A stretch of DNA of 64,000 nt from a virus. The position numbers and the translations under genes are program-made. Below, piece after piece: positions 56,460-64,000 of the stretch. The stretch covers positions 32,242 to 96,241 of IMG/VR virus record IMGVR_UViG_3300045988_076196; one strand, 5' to 3'. Below the pieces are notes generated by a model. The model made no database searches and was not told the DNA's origin. It saw only the letters and a program-made list of their open reading frames with translations. Position 1 is the stretch's first letter. The number at the start of each line of letters is the position of its first letter.

Positions 56460-56993
56460 ATGGCTAATTGGTGCGGAGGCATAAGACTAGATTCAACCAC
56501 ACTTAAACTCATTAACGGGGTGATTTGTGATGCAAATGCAGCAACTGTTGATAGAAGCAAAGCAGTATCTACTTGCGGTCAGCTCTGGGATGGTGCATTA
56601 TTTACCGTTGCTAAAATTGGCGGCGCTGGTTATATCACTCTACATGGTTCGGAAGGCGAAGAAGTTGGTACGCCTATTATGGGTAGGGGCAATTGCGGTG
56701 TTGGTCTTGATGGACGCTTTTTCAAGATTGTAAAAGGCGCTGTTACACTACAGGATGGATTCTTACTTACTGTTAATGCAACGCCTGATACTGCAAGCAT
56801 TAAAGTAGTAGATGCTGATTCTGTTGAAGTTACACCTGTTGCTGGAAAAACCAATGTGTTCTTACTTAGTGATATTGGTGACAAATATGGTGTTAATGTT
56901 GAAAAGGAAGGCTATACCGGTAAGCACTTGACCATTACCAATGATAAAGACCAAACACTTGATATTCAGCTTGAGGAGACACCTCAGACGTAA
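56460..56993 (+). CDS. hypothetical protein, last gene of the rightward block
   Basis: 177-aa ORF with a GAGAGGAG RBS. Confidence 0.5.
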   Translation: MANWCGGIRLDSTTLKLINGVICDANAATVDRSKAVSTCGQLWDGALFTVAKIGGAGYITLHGSEGEEVGTPIMGRGNCGVGLDGRFFKIVKGAVTLQDGFLLTVNATPDTASIKVVDADSVEVTPVAGKTNVFLLSDIGDKYGVNVEKEGYTGKHLTITNDKDQTLDIQLEETPQT

Positions 56994-57035
56994 AATTTTT
57001 ATAAAAGGCATATTATAGAGACTAATATAAATTTA

Positions 57036-57084
57036 TGGGGAACATTGGATAGATTATTACATCTACCATGTTCCCCATTTTTTT
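57036..57084. terminator. bidirectional terminator between the convergent blocks
   Basis: tggggaacat(t)gg ... ccatgttcccca followed by ttttttt. Confidence 0.7.
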
Positions 57085-57397
57085 ACTTTATTTCGTCTTT
57101 GCCTAAAGCGTCTGCTAATCCTCGCTTGTATCCAGCGGCATATCCTTCATCATAACCTGCGTCATATCGTTCTTGAGAGGTTTCTTCCTTACCGTCTTCA
57201 AGACCGTTTAAGTACGCTTCGTCACAACTTACAATATTAACATCTAACTCATCATATTTAGCAATTTCGGCATTATGCCTATTGCATAAATCCTCTAATG
57301 TGGCGACCATAATAGAATCGAGTCGTTTACATAAATATAGTGTCTCTACTCCGTCTAGCAATTCATAATAATCACCAATGCGCCTAAATTCCCACAT
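57083..57397 (-). CDS. acidic small protein with a GYxxGY motif
   Basis: 104-aa ORF; RYDAGYDEGYAAGYKRG. Confidence 0.5.
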   Translation of the reverse strand: MWEFRRIGDYYELLDGVETLYLCKRLDSIMVATLEDLCNRHNAEIAKYDELDVNIVSCDEAYLNGLEDGKEETSQERYDAGYDEGYAAGYKRGLADALGKDEIK

Positions 57398-57620
57398 CTA
57401 GTCCTCCTCCTTCCTCAAAATCTTGGATTGCATCATCATATCCCACACCATATCCATCGCCATACGCTTCTAACACTGTAGTCAATAGCTCAAAGAATAC
57501 CTCTGCCGTATCATCATTTGTTTCCATTTGAAAAAGGGAATATGGCTCATGTGGATAAGCAGGGTCAACTAGGTGGATACAGGATTCGTCGCCGTCAATG
57601 TGTAGAGTAGGAATAATCAT
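57384..57620 (-). CDS. very acidic 78-aa protein with no Lys or Arg
   Basis: about 18 D/E and 0 K/R residues; YGDGYGVGYDDA motif. Confidence 0.5.
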   Translation of the reverse strand: MIIPTLHIDGDESCIHLVDPAYPHEPYSLFQMETNDDTAEVFFELLTTVLEAYGDGYGVGYDDAIQDFEEGGGLDVGI

Positions 57621-58114
57621 ACGCCTGTAGAGCCAAATCCTGCTAGACCGCGCTCTGTTTTATCTAGTTCATCAACTAGCTCAAATTCAGCTTGGTCATA
57701 TTTGCGTAGTGCCATTTGAGCAATTCTATCACCATTGTTGATTTTGATACAATCATCGGTTGTATTGAGTAGGATAACAACAACCTCTCCAGTGTAGTCC
57801 TCATCTACAATACCACCAACACAGATTAAGCCTTTACTAGCCAGACCCGAACGCTGTAGCAACTGGAGCATATACCCCTGTTCTGGTTGGAATGCCCACC
57901 CCGTAGGGATTTTTACTGTTTCATGTGGGCTGACATACACCTGCTCAAAATGGTCTGTATTGACTTCCATATGCTTAAAATCTGCATCTGGATTTAACTC
58001 AATACATTTATCTACACGCAAATCACAATAAATATCCGCACAAGCTGCTTTTTCACTACCATAAGTAGGTAGCTTGGCGGTGTCTGATAATCGCTTTGCT
58101 TTAATCTTCAACAA
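57617..58114 (-). CDS. dut: dUTPase (trimeric type)
   Basis: GGIVDEDYTGEV (motif III) and C-terminal RGLAGFGSTG (motif V). Confidence 0.85.
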   Translation of the reverse strand: MLKIKAKRLSDTAKLPTYGSEKAACADIYCDLRVDKCIELNPDADFKHMEVNTDHFEQVYVSPHETVKIPTGWAFQPEQGYMLQLLQRSGLASKGLICVGGIVDEDYTGEVVVILLNTTDDCIKINNGDRIAQMALRKYDQAEFELVDELDKTERGLAGFGSTGV

Positions 58115-58431
58115 CTCAAGTCCTCCTCATACATCGTATCAATGCCATATTCAAGAGCGCAATCATGCTCAATCTGACATCCTCTAGCTGTCTGCCAACC
58201 ACCACAGAAGAATACAACATCAGCTTCGCTCATTAGTTTAATTGACTCACCTAGATACCATAGGGGTTTAGCGTCATGCGGCGTGTTTCTAAAAAATGAA
58301 TAAATAATGTCAATACACTCGTTTTCTCTGGCAAACTGTGTTGCTAGTTTATCAATGATAGAATCGCGTTTATCCTCAATTTCTTCAGTTGTCTTTCCGT
58401 TCATCGGCTGAGAGATAAAAATTTTAGGCAT
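58108..58431 (-). CDS. DUF4406 / nucleoside 2-deoxyribosyltransferase-like protein
   Basis: KIFISQPMNG ... VVFFCGGWQTARGCQIEHDCALEYG. Confidence 0.55.
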   Translation of the reverse strand: MPKIFISQPMNGKTTEEIEDKRDSIIDKLATQFARENECIDIIYSFFRNTPHDAKPLWYLGESIKLMSEADVVFFCGGWQTARGCQIEHDCALEYGIDTMYEEDLSC

Positions 58432-58972
58432 TTGATTTCTCCTTGAATTTCTTATTATAACCGCATGGGTGGAACTCGGTACATAATCCGCCTCTATATT
58501 CGCATAGTGGCACTAGATCATCCTTAAACTCAGGATTGGTTTTAATCACCTCATCGACAATCTGTTGCATAACAGCTCTTGTCTCAGGTGAGGCTTGATT
58601 GCATAGGCGCTTATGAGCCATATACACAAGCTGCTGACCATTGATTGACATAACATGGCTTACTAGCTCATCTTGTGGTGCTTTGTTGCGGTCATACTTA
58701 TTTTGTCTATCATTGCGCTGAGATTGGACATAATGATTGCATCCTACATGATGACGAACAAAATGAACTGATACCCAATAGGGAATGACCATGTGAATGC
58801 CAAACCATAGCTCTCTAAGTGGACTATGCTCAGATGCAACTAGCTTGCGTTTCCATTCATCAGAGGGAAGAGCTGTTACACTCTTCCCCACTGTGTTTAA
58901 CGTACAATATCTACACCAAGCCCAGTCATCATCTGTCGGATGTTTGATTAGTTCAACAAGATAATTGGGCAA
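58424..58972 (-). CDS. thyX: divergent ThyX-like (flavin-dependent thymidylate synthase family) protein
   Basis: SEHSPLRE... and VRHHVGCNHYVQSQR versus the canonical RHRxxSxxxxSxR; only 182 aa. Confidence 0.55.
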   Translation of the reverse strand: MPNYLVELIKHPTDDDWAWCRYCTLNTVGKSVTALPSDEWKRKLVASEHSPLRELWFGIHMVIPYWVSVHFVRHHVGCNHYVQSQRNDRQNKYDRNKAPQDELVSHVMSINGQQLVYMAHKRLCNQASPETRAVMQQIVDEVIKTNPEFKDDLVPLCEYRGGLCTEFHPCGYNKKFKEKSNA

Positions 58973-59239
58973 TTAGTAGTCCTCCTCCTCATCATCAGCA
59001 TATTGAGCTAGAACGTCCTCTGTAATATCGTGGCATTCAATATCTACTAGGTATAGTTTGTCACCATTATAGCAATCAGGGGAATATGTCACCATATCGA
59101 CCTCTACACAGGTGTTATCATCGACCCATACACGCTCACCAATGCGAGGGATAATCATACGTGCGGCATGGGTATATGACCATACACGCCCTTCACAGTC
59201 CTCATTGCCATCAATAAAATATCTTAGTAGAAATTCCAT
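58973..59239 (-). CDS. hypothetical protein
   Basis: ATG 59239 lies 9 nt after GGGAGG; track start 59299 would overlap the upstream gene by 56 nt. Confidence 0.45.
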   Translation of the reverse strand: MEFLLRYFIDGNEDCEGRVWSYTHAARMIIPRIGERVWVDDNTCVEVDMVTYSPDCYNGDKLYLVDIECHDITEDVLAQYADDEEEDY

Positions 59240-59243
59240 TCGT

Positions 59244-59468
59244 TCAATCCTCCCAATTATATGGTTTGCAGAAATAGCTAATTTCATTTGGCGCAACATA
59301 TTTCTGTAGAACTACATACATTTCCTGTTCATCTTCTTCAGCATTGATAGGTAGATATACCAAATCGCCCTTATTTGGTTCGCCCATTAGGTCTAGTTCA
59401 TCACATGAACAAATCCAGTCCTCATTGCCTAGTCTACCAAGATAAAAATTGATACGATTTTCTGTCAT
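59244..59468 (-). CDS. hypothetical protein
   Basis: 74-aa ORF in the operon. Confidence 0.5.
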   Translation of the reverse strand: MTENRINFYLGRLGNEDWICSCDELDLMGEPNKGDLVYLPINAEEDEQEMYVVLQKYVAPNEISYFCKPYNWED

Positions 59469-59469
59469 T

Positions 59470-59895
59470 TTAGTTTACTCCTTCCATAGTTAGTTCTGCC
59501 TCATTCATTAACTGTTTAATCATATTATCGAGATCGGACTTGTTTGCACCTAGCTCAAGGGATAGCAAGATTTCATCTTTTTTCTGTTGTTTCAATTTAT
59601 TTCTTTCTCGTATGTCTGCATCAGCTTTACGATACAACGCCGTATCGTAACTTGAAAATTCTGCATGGTGAATACCGTGCTTTATATGAAAATTAAAATC
59701 ATCTGGAATATTATACTTAGTTTTGATTTCTGGCAGAATAGAATCTGCATATTCCTCAACCATCTTATTAAATTCTGCTAAGGCATTATTCGCTTTGTTA
59801 CGTTGTTCGTTTAGTAATTTTTCGCTGTCTGGCTTAGGATAACAAGCGTTAACTGTTTGTTCTACATATTCACGAATTAACTTAGTTACTTTCAT
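59470..59895 (-). CDS. hypothetical protein
   Basis: 141-aa ORF with an AGGAGGAC RBS. Confidence 0.5.
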   Translation of the reverse strand: MKVTKLIREYVEQTVNACYPKPDSEKLLNEQRNKANNALAEFNKMVEEYADSILPEIKTKYNIPDDFNFHIKHGIHHAEFSSYDTALYRKADADIRERNKLKQQKKDEILLSLELGANKSDLDNMIKQLMNEAELTMEGVN

Positions 59896-59905
59896 TTAGT
59901 CCTCC

Positions 59906-62206
59906 TTATTCACATTTTGTCCAGCCGCACGACTTACAAATTTTGCAACCGCCCTCAAACATTACTGGTTCACCACATTCAGGGCACAGCTCTGCTGGAA
60001 TTGCAGATAATGTTTCGCTTAGCTTCTCAATACTTGCAGTAGCTTTATTAAATGCATTGGATAAGCCCTTAAAGCTACTAACAGTATCATCTTCTTTATC
60101 ATCTAGTTCACTCTGCATCTCATTATACATCTCTACTAGAGCATTGCCAATAGCCATAGGACAACAAGAGCCTTTGCTTGTATCATGGTGAGTTGCCTTT
60201 CTAGTAGCATAGGACGGGCATACACCAGTTGAATCAAGTTGGTCTTTGATGGTCATAATATCCACACCAGCACGACATAGTAGGCTGACCATGCGGCTTA
60301 GACCTGTCATGAAATTAGCGCATCCGCCTGTCGAGCCTTTATTGAAATATACTTCTTGTAGATTACCATCAATAGGGTCAAAGAATGCTAGAACATGAAG
60401 TGAGCCGCATCCTGTCTGAATTTTGCGCTTTTTGCCAATCAGGTCATTACTTGGTTCGATGATTGAGCCGCGAGGTAGAGTAAGAGATGTGGGTTCAGGC
60501 TTTGATTCATTGTCTTTCTTTGGTTCAGCATTTAGAATACCAGCCCTCTTGCATCCGGCACGATATACTGTAATACCCTTTAGATGCTTTTCCCAAGCGT
60601 ACATATATAGGTCTTTTACATCATCTACTGTTGCTTCATTTGGTAGATTGACAGTTGAGCTAATACTTGCATCAATATGTTTCTGCCATACTGACTGCAT
60701 ATCAATACGCCGCTTGATAGGAATGGTAGCAGATGTGACGAAATAGGGAGGTAGCCCAAGTTCGTCTTTAATACCATGAGCATCCATATATTCCTTGACG
60801 ATTGGTGTATATACCTTATATACCTCATCATGCCCATGCAAGGATTTTGTAGTGCGCTCATAATAGTTAGCAAAGATTGGCTCAATGCCACCTGATACGC
60901 CAATCATTGTACTGATAGAACCAGTTGGAGCAATGGTTAATAGCTGGCTATTACGCATACCGTTCATATCAATAGATAAATGAGCTTCAATATCGTCTTC
61001 TTTGATGTGCTCTGTAAAAAATGGAGATGCAGCCACCTTATATACATCCCACTTTTCGTAACATCCTTTGTCTCGTGCCACATCAGCACTAGCTACAATA
61101 GCATTACGAGCCATAGAATAGCCAATGGAATTGCATAGAACGATAGAATCAGGAGAGCCGTATTCAATACGTAGCTTGATTAGCATATCGGCTAGTCCCA
61201 TGATGCCAAGCCCAATTTGCCGCCAATCCCTAACCGTCTTGCGCTGTTCAGCTAGTGGATGCCGCTCAAGCCCCTCATCCAACACATCATTTAGTGCTTT
61301 AACTGCAATACTTACAGTTCTGTTAAAATCGTCCCAATCAAACTTACCATTACGGACAAATTCAGCTAGGTTGATTGCGCCAAGTAGACACGAGCCTCCT
61401 GCTGGTAGTGGTTCTTCTGCACAGGGATTTACACCAGCATATTCAAAATCCTTATCATTGCTTACTAGGTTCCAGTTGGTAATTCTATCCCAATAGAGAA
61501 TACCCGGTTCAGCATAGTCCCAATTATTACGGCATAACAGGTTAAAAATATCTCGCGCTTTTACTGTTTTCTTGATTTCTTCGCCTGTTTCATTGCGCTT
61601 ATAGTATAGTTCCCAATCTTCATCATTTTTAACTGCTACCATAAAACGGTCTGTAACGCGAACTGAGATATTAGCAGATGTTACTTTGCCCAAGTCGGAT
61701 TTGACCGCAATGAATTTTTCGAGGTCTGGATGGGTACAATCAATACTAATCATCAATGCACCGCGTCTACCATTCTGACCAATCTGTTCTGTTACTTGAC
61801 TGAATGTGTCCATAAAGCTGACTGCGCCAGATGTGGATTTGGCTTGATTATTGACCTTTGCGCCACATGGAGCAAGTTTACTGATGTCGATGCCGCAGCC
61901 TCCTCCATAACTATAAGTACGAGCCAGTTTTTTAGCAGTATCGTAAATTGACTCGATATTATCTTCTGGTGGTGAAATAACATAACAGTTACTATATGTT
62001 ACCTTTTCGTCATCAATGCCGCGATTGCTCAAGATGCGCCCACCAAATAAGAATTTCTTATCAGCAATAAGCTCTGCTACATCTGCATCGCCACCACTTA
62101 CACGATCAAGCCAATTTTCAAAAGATTCCCCATTACGTTGGTATTTCTTCTTCCAGATGTCAATACCAAGCTGATTTTCTTTACCTAGCCATTCTTCAAC
62201 AAACAA
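59906..62206 (-). CDS. nrdJ: class II (adenosylcobalamin-dependent) ribonucleotide reductase
   Basis: VNPCAEEPL active-site loop, TIAPTGSIS, C-terminal CPECG...CKICKSCG zinc ribbon; no beta-subunit gene nearby; TTG start 7 nt after AAGGAGGA. Confidence 0.85.
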   Translation of the reverse strand: MFVEEWLGKENQLGIDIWKKKYQRNGESFENWLDRVSGGDADVAELIADKKFLFGGRILSNRGIDDEKVTYSNCYVISPPEDNIESIYDTAKKLARTYSYGGGCGIDISKLAPCGAKVNNQAKSTSGAVSFMDTFSQVTEQIGQNGRRGALMISIDCTHPDLEKFIAVKSDLGKVTSANISVRVTDRFMVAVKNDEDWELYYKRNETGEEIKKTVKARDIFNLLCRNNWDYAEPGILYWDRITNWNLVSNDKDFEYAGVNPCAEEPLPAGGSCLLGAINLAEFVRNGKFDWDDFNRTVSIAVKALNDVLDEGLERHPLAEQRKTVRDWRQIGLGIMGLADMLIKLRIEYGSPDSIVLCNSIGYSMARNAIVASADVARDKGCYEKWDVYKVAASPFFTEHIKEDDIEAHLSIDMNGMRNSQLLTIAPTGSISTMIGVSGGIEPIFANYYERTTKSLHGHDEVYKVYTPIVKEYMDAHGIKDELGLPPYFVTSATIPIKRRIDMQSVWQKHIDASISSTVNLPNEATVDDVKDLYMYAWEKHLKGITVYRAGCKRAGILNAEPKKDNESKPEPTSLTLPRGSIIEPSNDLIGKKRKIQTGCGSLHVLAFFDPIDGNLQEVYFNKGSTGGCANFMTGLSRMVSLLCRAGVDIMTIKDQLDSTGVCPSYATRKATHHDTSKGSCCPMAIGNALVEMYNEMQSELDDKEDDTVSSFKGLSNAFNKATASIEKLSETLSAIPAELCPECGEPVMFEGGCKICKSCGWTKCE

Positions 62207-62221
62207 TAAATCGTCCTCCTT

Positions 62222-62392
62222 TTAATTTTCCTTAACGTAGATAACAATATTTAGCTCATCATCTACATTGATTGTTGTGCCAATGTGGTTAATATCATAA
62301 AATAGATTTCCGACGACGACACGAACTTCTGACGTATCTTTTGCTATTGTTCTCATTTTTGACAAATAGTTAATCAGTTGCTGTTTTGTCAA
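62222..62392 (-). CDS. 56-aa hypothetical protein (below the ORF-track cutoff)
   Basis: TTG start 8 nt after GGAGG; MTKQQLINYLSKMRTIAKDTSEVRVVVGN... Confidence 0.35.
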   Translation of the reverse strand: MTKQQLINYLSKMRTIAKDTSEVRVVVGNLFYDINHIGTTINVDDELNIVIYVKEN

Positions 62393-62414
62393 TTACATTA
62401 CCTCCTTGTCATAT

Positions 62415-62443
62415 ATATTATCACGATTCAGTTGATTTGTCAA
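62415..62443 (-). promoter_or_regulatory. sigmaA-type promoter upstream of nrdJ
   Basis: minus strand reads TTGACA-17 nt-(TGa)TAATAT. Confidence 0.45.
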
Positions 62444-62618
62444 GTGGCTTTTTTAAGCCTTCGATATAGTGATAAATAGAATTGGCACAATCTGAGCATA
62501 CGTCCTCAACGACCTTAAAATATTCAGCTTTTACACAATCATTGTCAATGCTGACAGAATATCTGTCTCTAATGCTTATAATCTCTTTGCCACAAATATC
62601 ACATAGCCATTTAATCAT
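62421..62618 (-). CDS. zinc-ribbon small protein
   Basis: CDICGK ... CSDC. Confidence 0.5.
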   Translation of the reverse strand: MIKWLCDICGKEIISIRDRYSVSIDNDCVKAEYFKVVEDVCSDCANSIYHYIEGLKKPLDKSTES

Positions 62619-62953
62619 TCCTCATCCTCCTTATCCATCAATTTATTAACAGCATCAACAAGCTCATTGATTTTACTTCGTGCTTCAACGAGTTTATCAA
62701 TAAGCCAACTATTAGAACCATAGTCAATAGTTGATGTGACACAAGGCAAATTCTCAATCTTCTTTTCTTTCTTAGTGAAACTATGTGTGCCAATACGGAC
62801 AAAACATCTATCTTCCTGTGGCAAATAATAGCCACATCTATCATTGTCCTTGTCGACAATTATGATATAATTATTATCTTTGATATCAGAAATCCAGCCA
62901 ACAAAGCCGCCAATGGTTTCAACATAATCCCCTACATGAAATTCATAGTTCAT
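62615..62953 (-). CDS. hypothetical protein
   Basis: 112-aa ORF, coupled to its neighbours. Confidence 0.5.
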   Translation of the reverse strand: MNYEFHVGDYVETIGGFVGWISDIKDNNYIIIVDKDNDRCGYYLPQEDRCFVRIGTHSFTKKEKKIENLPCVTSTIDYGSNSWLIDKLVEARSKINELVDAVNKLMDKEDEE

Positions 62954-63279
62954 CTGCGATGTCTCCTATTTCCAAATTTTTCATCAATCAAATCTTGTAG
63001 GTACATAGCTGCCTCATATTCATCAAACGTATGTGGAGTATAATCGGAGCTATAAGCCGTAAACCATCTTGGCGCACCTGTTGCCATTCTCTCAACGCAA
63101 TCTCCGATACAATGTACTACAAAGACAGACAACCAATCTTTCACATCAATATTTTCTATATCCTCAAGTTCACCAATTTCTTTCTTTTCTTTTACTAAAG
63201 CGGCATATCGTTCTATCTCTTTATTGTATTCTGTGTCTAAGTCGCTGATGCCACATAATTGCGGTGTTGGATAATTCAT
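62950..63279 (-). CDS. hypothetical protein
   Basis: 109-aa ORF, coupled to its neighbours. Confidence 0.5.
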   Translation of the reverse strand: MNYPTPQLCGISDLDTEYNKEIERYAALVKEKKEIGELEDIENIDVKDWLSVFVVHCIGDCVERMATGAPRWFTAYSSDYTPHTFDEYEAAMYLQDLIDEKFGNRRHRR

Positions 63280-63951
63280 TTAATCAACATCTCCTTTAAT
63301 TCTAGGACTTCTTTGTTCAACTGGTGTTGTTAGAGCTTTTTCCACATCCCATTTATAAGTATCGATTCTATTATATATAACTCCTCTTTTTATACCCACC
63401 TTTTCACTCCACTGAGCAACATTCATTGTTTCCCCAAACGCTGTTAACAATCTATTTCTAGTGGTATTGTTATTTTGAGTTTTTATATCAGCCCATCTAC
63501 AATTTTCAGGGCAATAATTCCCATTGACGTCAATTCTATCTATAGTAAGATTGTCTGCATAACCGTTGCTAATAGCCCATTCTCTAAATGGAATAAATTC
63601 TTCCCATTCTTGACAAATCGTAATACCTTTACCACCATAATGTTTATAGTTGCAAGTGTTTGGATTATTACATCTATTTTTCATACCATGCCAAATTCTA
63701 TAAAGCCTCGAATTACAATCATTATGAATCGCCCGTTCTTTGTCTCTGTTCGTGATTATTTCTTTTCTTATACATCCACATGATTTTGTGTGCCCGTTTA
63801 TCAAATTACTACTTCTAACGTTCACTATATTTCCGCAATCACATTCGCATTGCCAAATTACACTTTTACACTTATGTTCACAGTTCTTTACTATTTTAAC
63901 CGCTATTAGTTTTCCAAATCTCATTCCTGCCAAATTTTTGAATTTGCCCAT
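63280..63951 (-). CDS. free-standing HNH homing endonuclease, paralog of the intron-encoded 13059..13760
   Basis: FGKLIAV...CECDCGN...HTKSCGC...YGGKGITICQEW...DRIDVNGNYCPENCRW; AAGGAGAAA RBS. Confidence 0.8.
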   Translation of the reverse strand: MGKFKNLAGMRFGKLIAVKIVKNCEHKCKSVIWQCECDCGNIVNVRSSNLINGHTKSCGCIRKEIITNRDKERAIHNDCNSRLYRIWHGMKNRCNNPNTCNYKHYGGKGITICQEWEEFIPFREWAISNGYADNLTIDRIDVNGNYCPENCRWADIKTQNNNTTRNRLLTAFGETMNVAQWSEKVGIKRGVIYNRIDTYKWDVEKALTTPVEQRSPRIKGDVD

Positions 63952-64000
63952 AACATATATTTCTCCTTATCTTAGAAAATATTAAGGTAGGAGAACGAGA

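Noticed and set aside
1-64000. Genome-wide stop-codon reassignment (TAG or TGA recoded), suggested by the two in-frame stops
   Set aside because: TGA and TAG both act as ordinary terminators at many well-defined gene ends, including ATGA/TAATG translationally coupled junctions at 15100, 22252, 27765 and 43233. I found only one internal TAG and one internal TGA. Local readthrough, suppression or mutation is more parsimonious than a new genetic code.
1-64000. tRNA genes (including a suppressor tRNA), rRNA, CRISPR arrays, integrase, reverse transcriptase / DGR
   Set aside because: Scanning by eye found no T-loop consensus (GGTTCGAATCC-like) in a cloverleaf context, no regularly spaced repeats, and no recombinase or RT-like ORF. 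tRNAscan-SE or ARAGORN should confirm this. Such genes could lie outside the window.

Overview
About 64 kb of a tailed dsDNA phage or prophage genome with Firmicutes-style signals: strong GGAGG ribosome-binding sites, many TTG/GTG starts, and textbook TTGACA-17-TGnTATAAT promoters.

Layout:
- 1-900: repeat-rich non-coding left end.
- 933-3114: leftward cluster of tiny genes.
- 3115-4672: about 1.5 kb of AT-rich, almost ORF-free DNA.
- 4673-5713: a lone rightward gene.
- 5769-10476: leftward early operon (Lar, dCMP deaminase, DUF3310, DUF4041/T5orf172).
- 10497-10837: divergent early promoter hub.
- 10867-56993: one long rightward block. It holds a YonO/RdRP-like single-subunit RNA polymerase, two HU-like proteins, a metallophosphoesterase, terminase, portal, head genes, tail genes, a tape measure of about 1800 aa, baseplate/fibre genes, a lysis cassette and a second fibre module.
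- 57083-63951: convergent leftward nucleotide-metabolism operon (dUTPase, ThyX-like, class II RNR, HNH).

Main observations:
1. Three genes (the RNA polymerase, the major tail protein and the tape measure) are each interrupted by a group-I-intron-like insert.
2. Two of these inserts carry homing endonucleases, one HNH and one Vsr-like PD-(D/E)XK with KYG repeats.
3. The third insert instead carries its own promoter and an operon of three tiny membrane peptides.
4. Two otherwise intact reading frames contain a single in-frame stop codon: TAG near the 5' end of the large terminase, and TGA in a small early gene.
5. The polymerase carries cellular-RdRP/YonO-type motifs.
6. Several early promoters are nearly identical to each other.

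I did not see any tRNA, rRNA, CRISPR array, integrase or reverse transcriptase. All functional calls come from motif recognition by eye, gene order and signal inspection. No database search was run.
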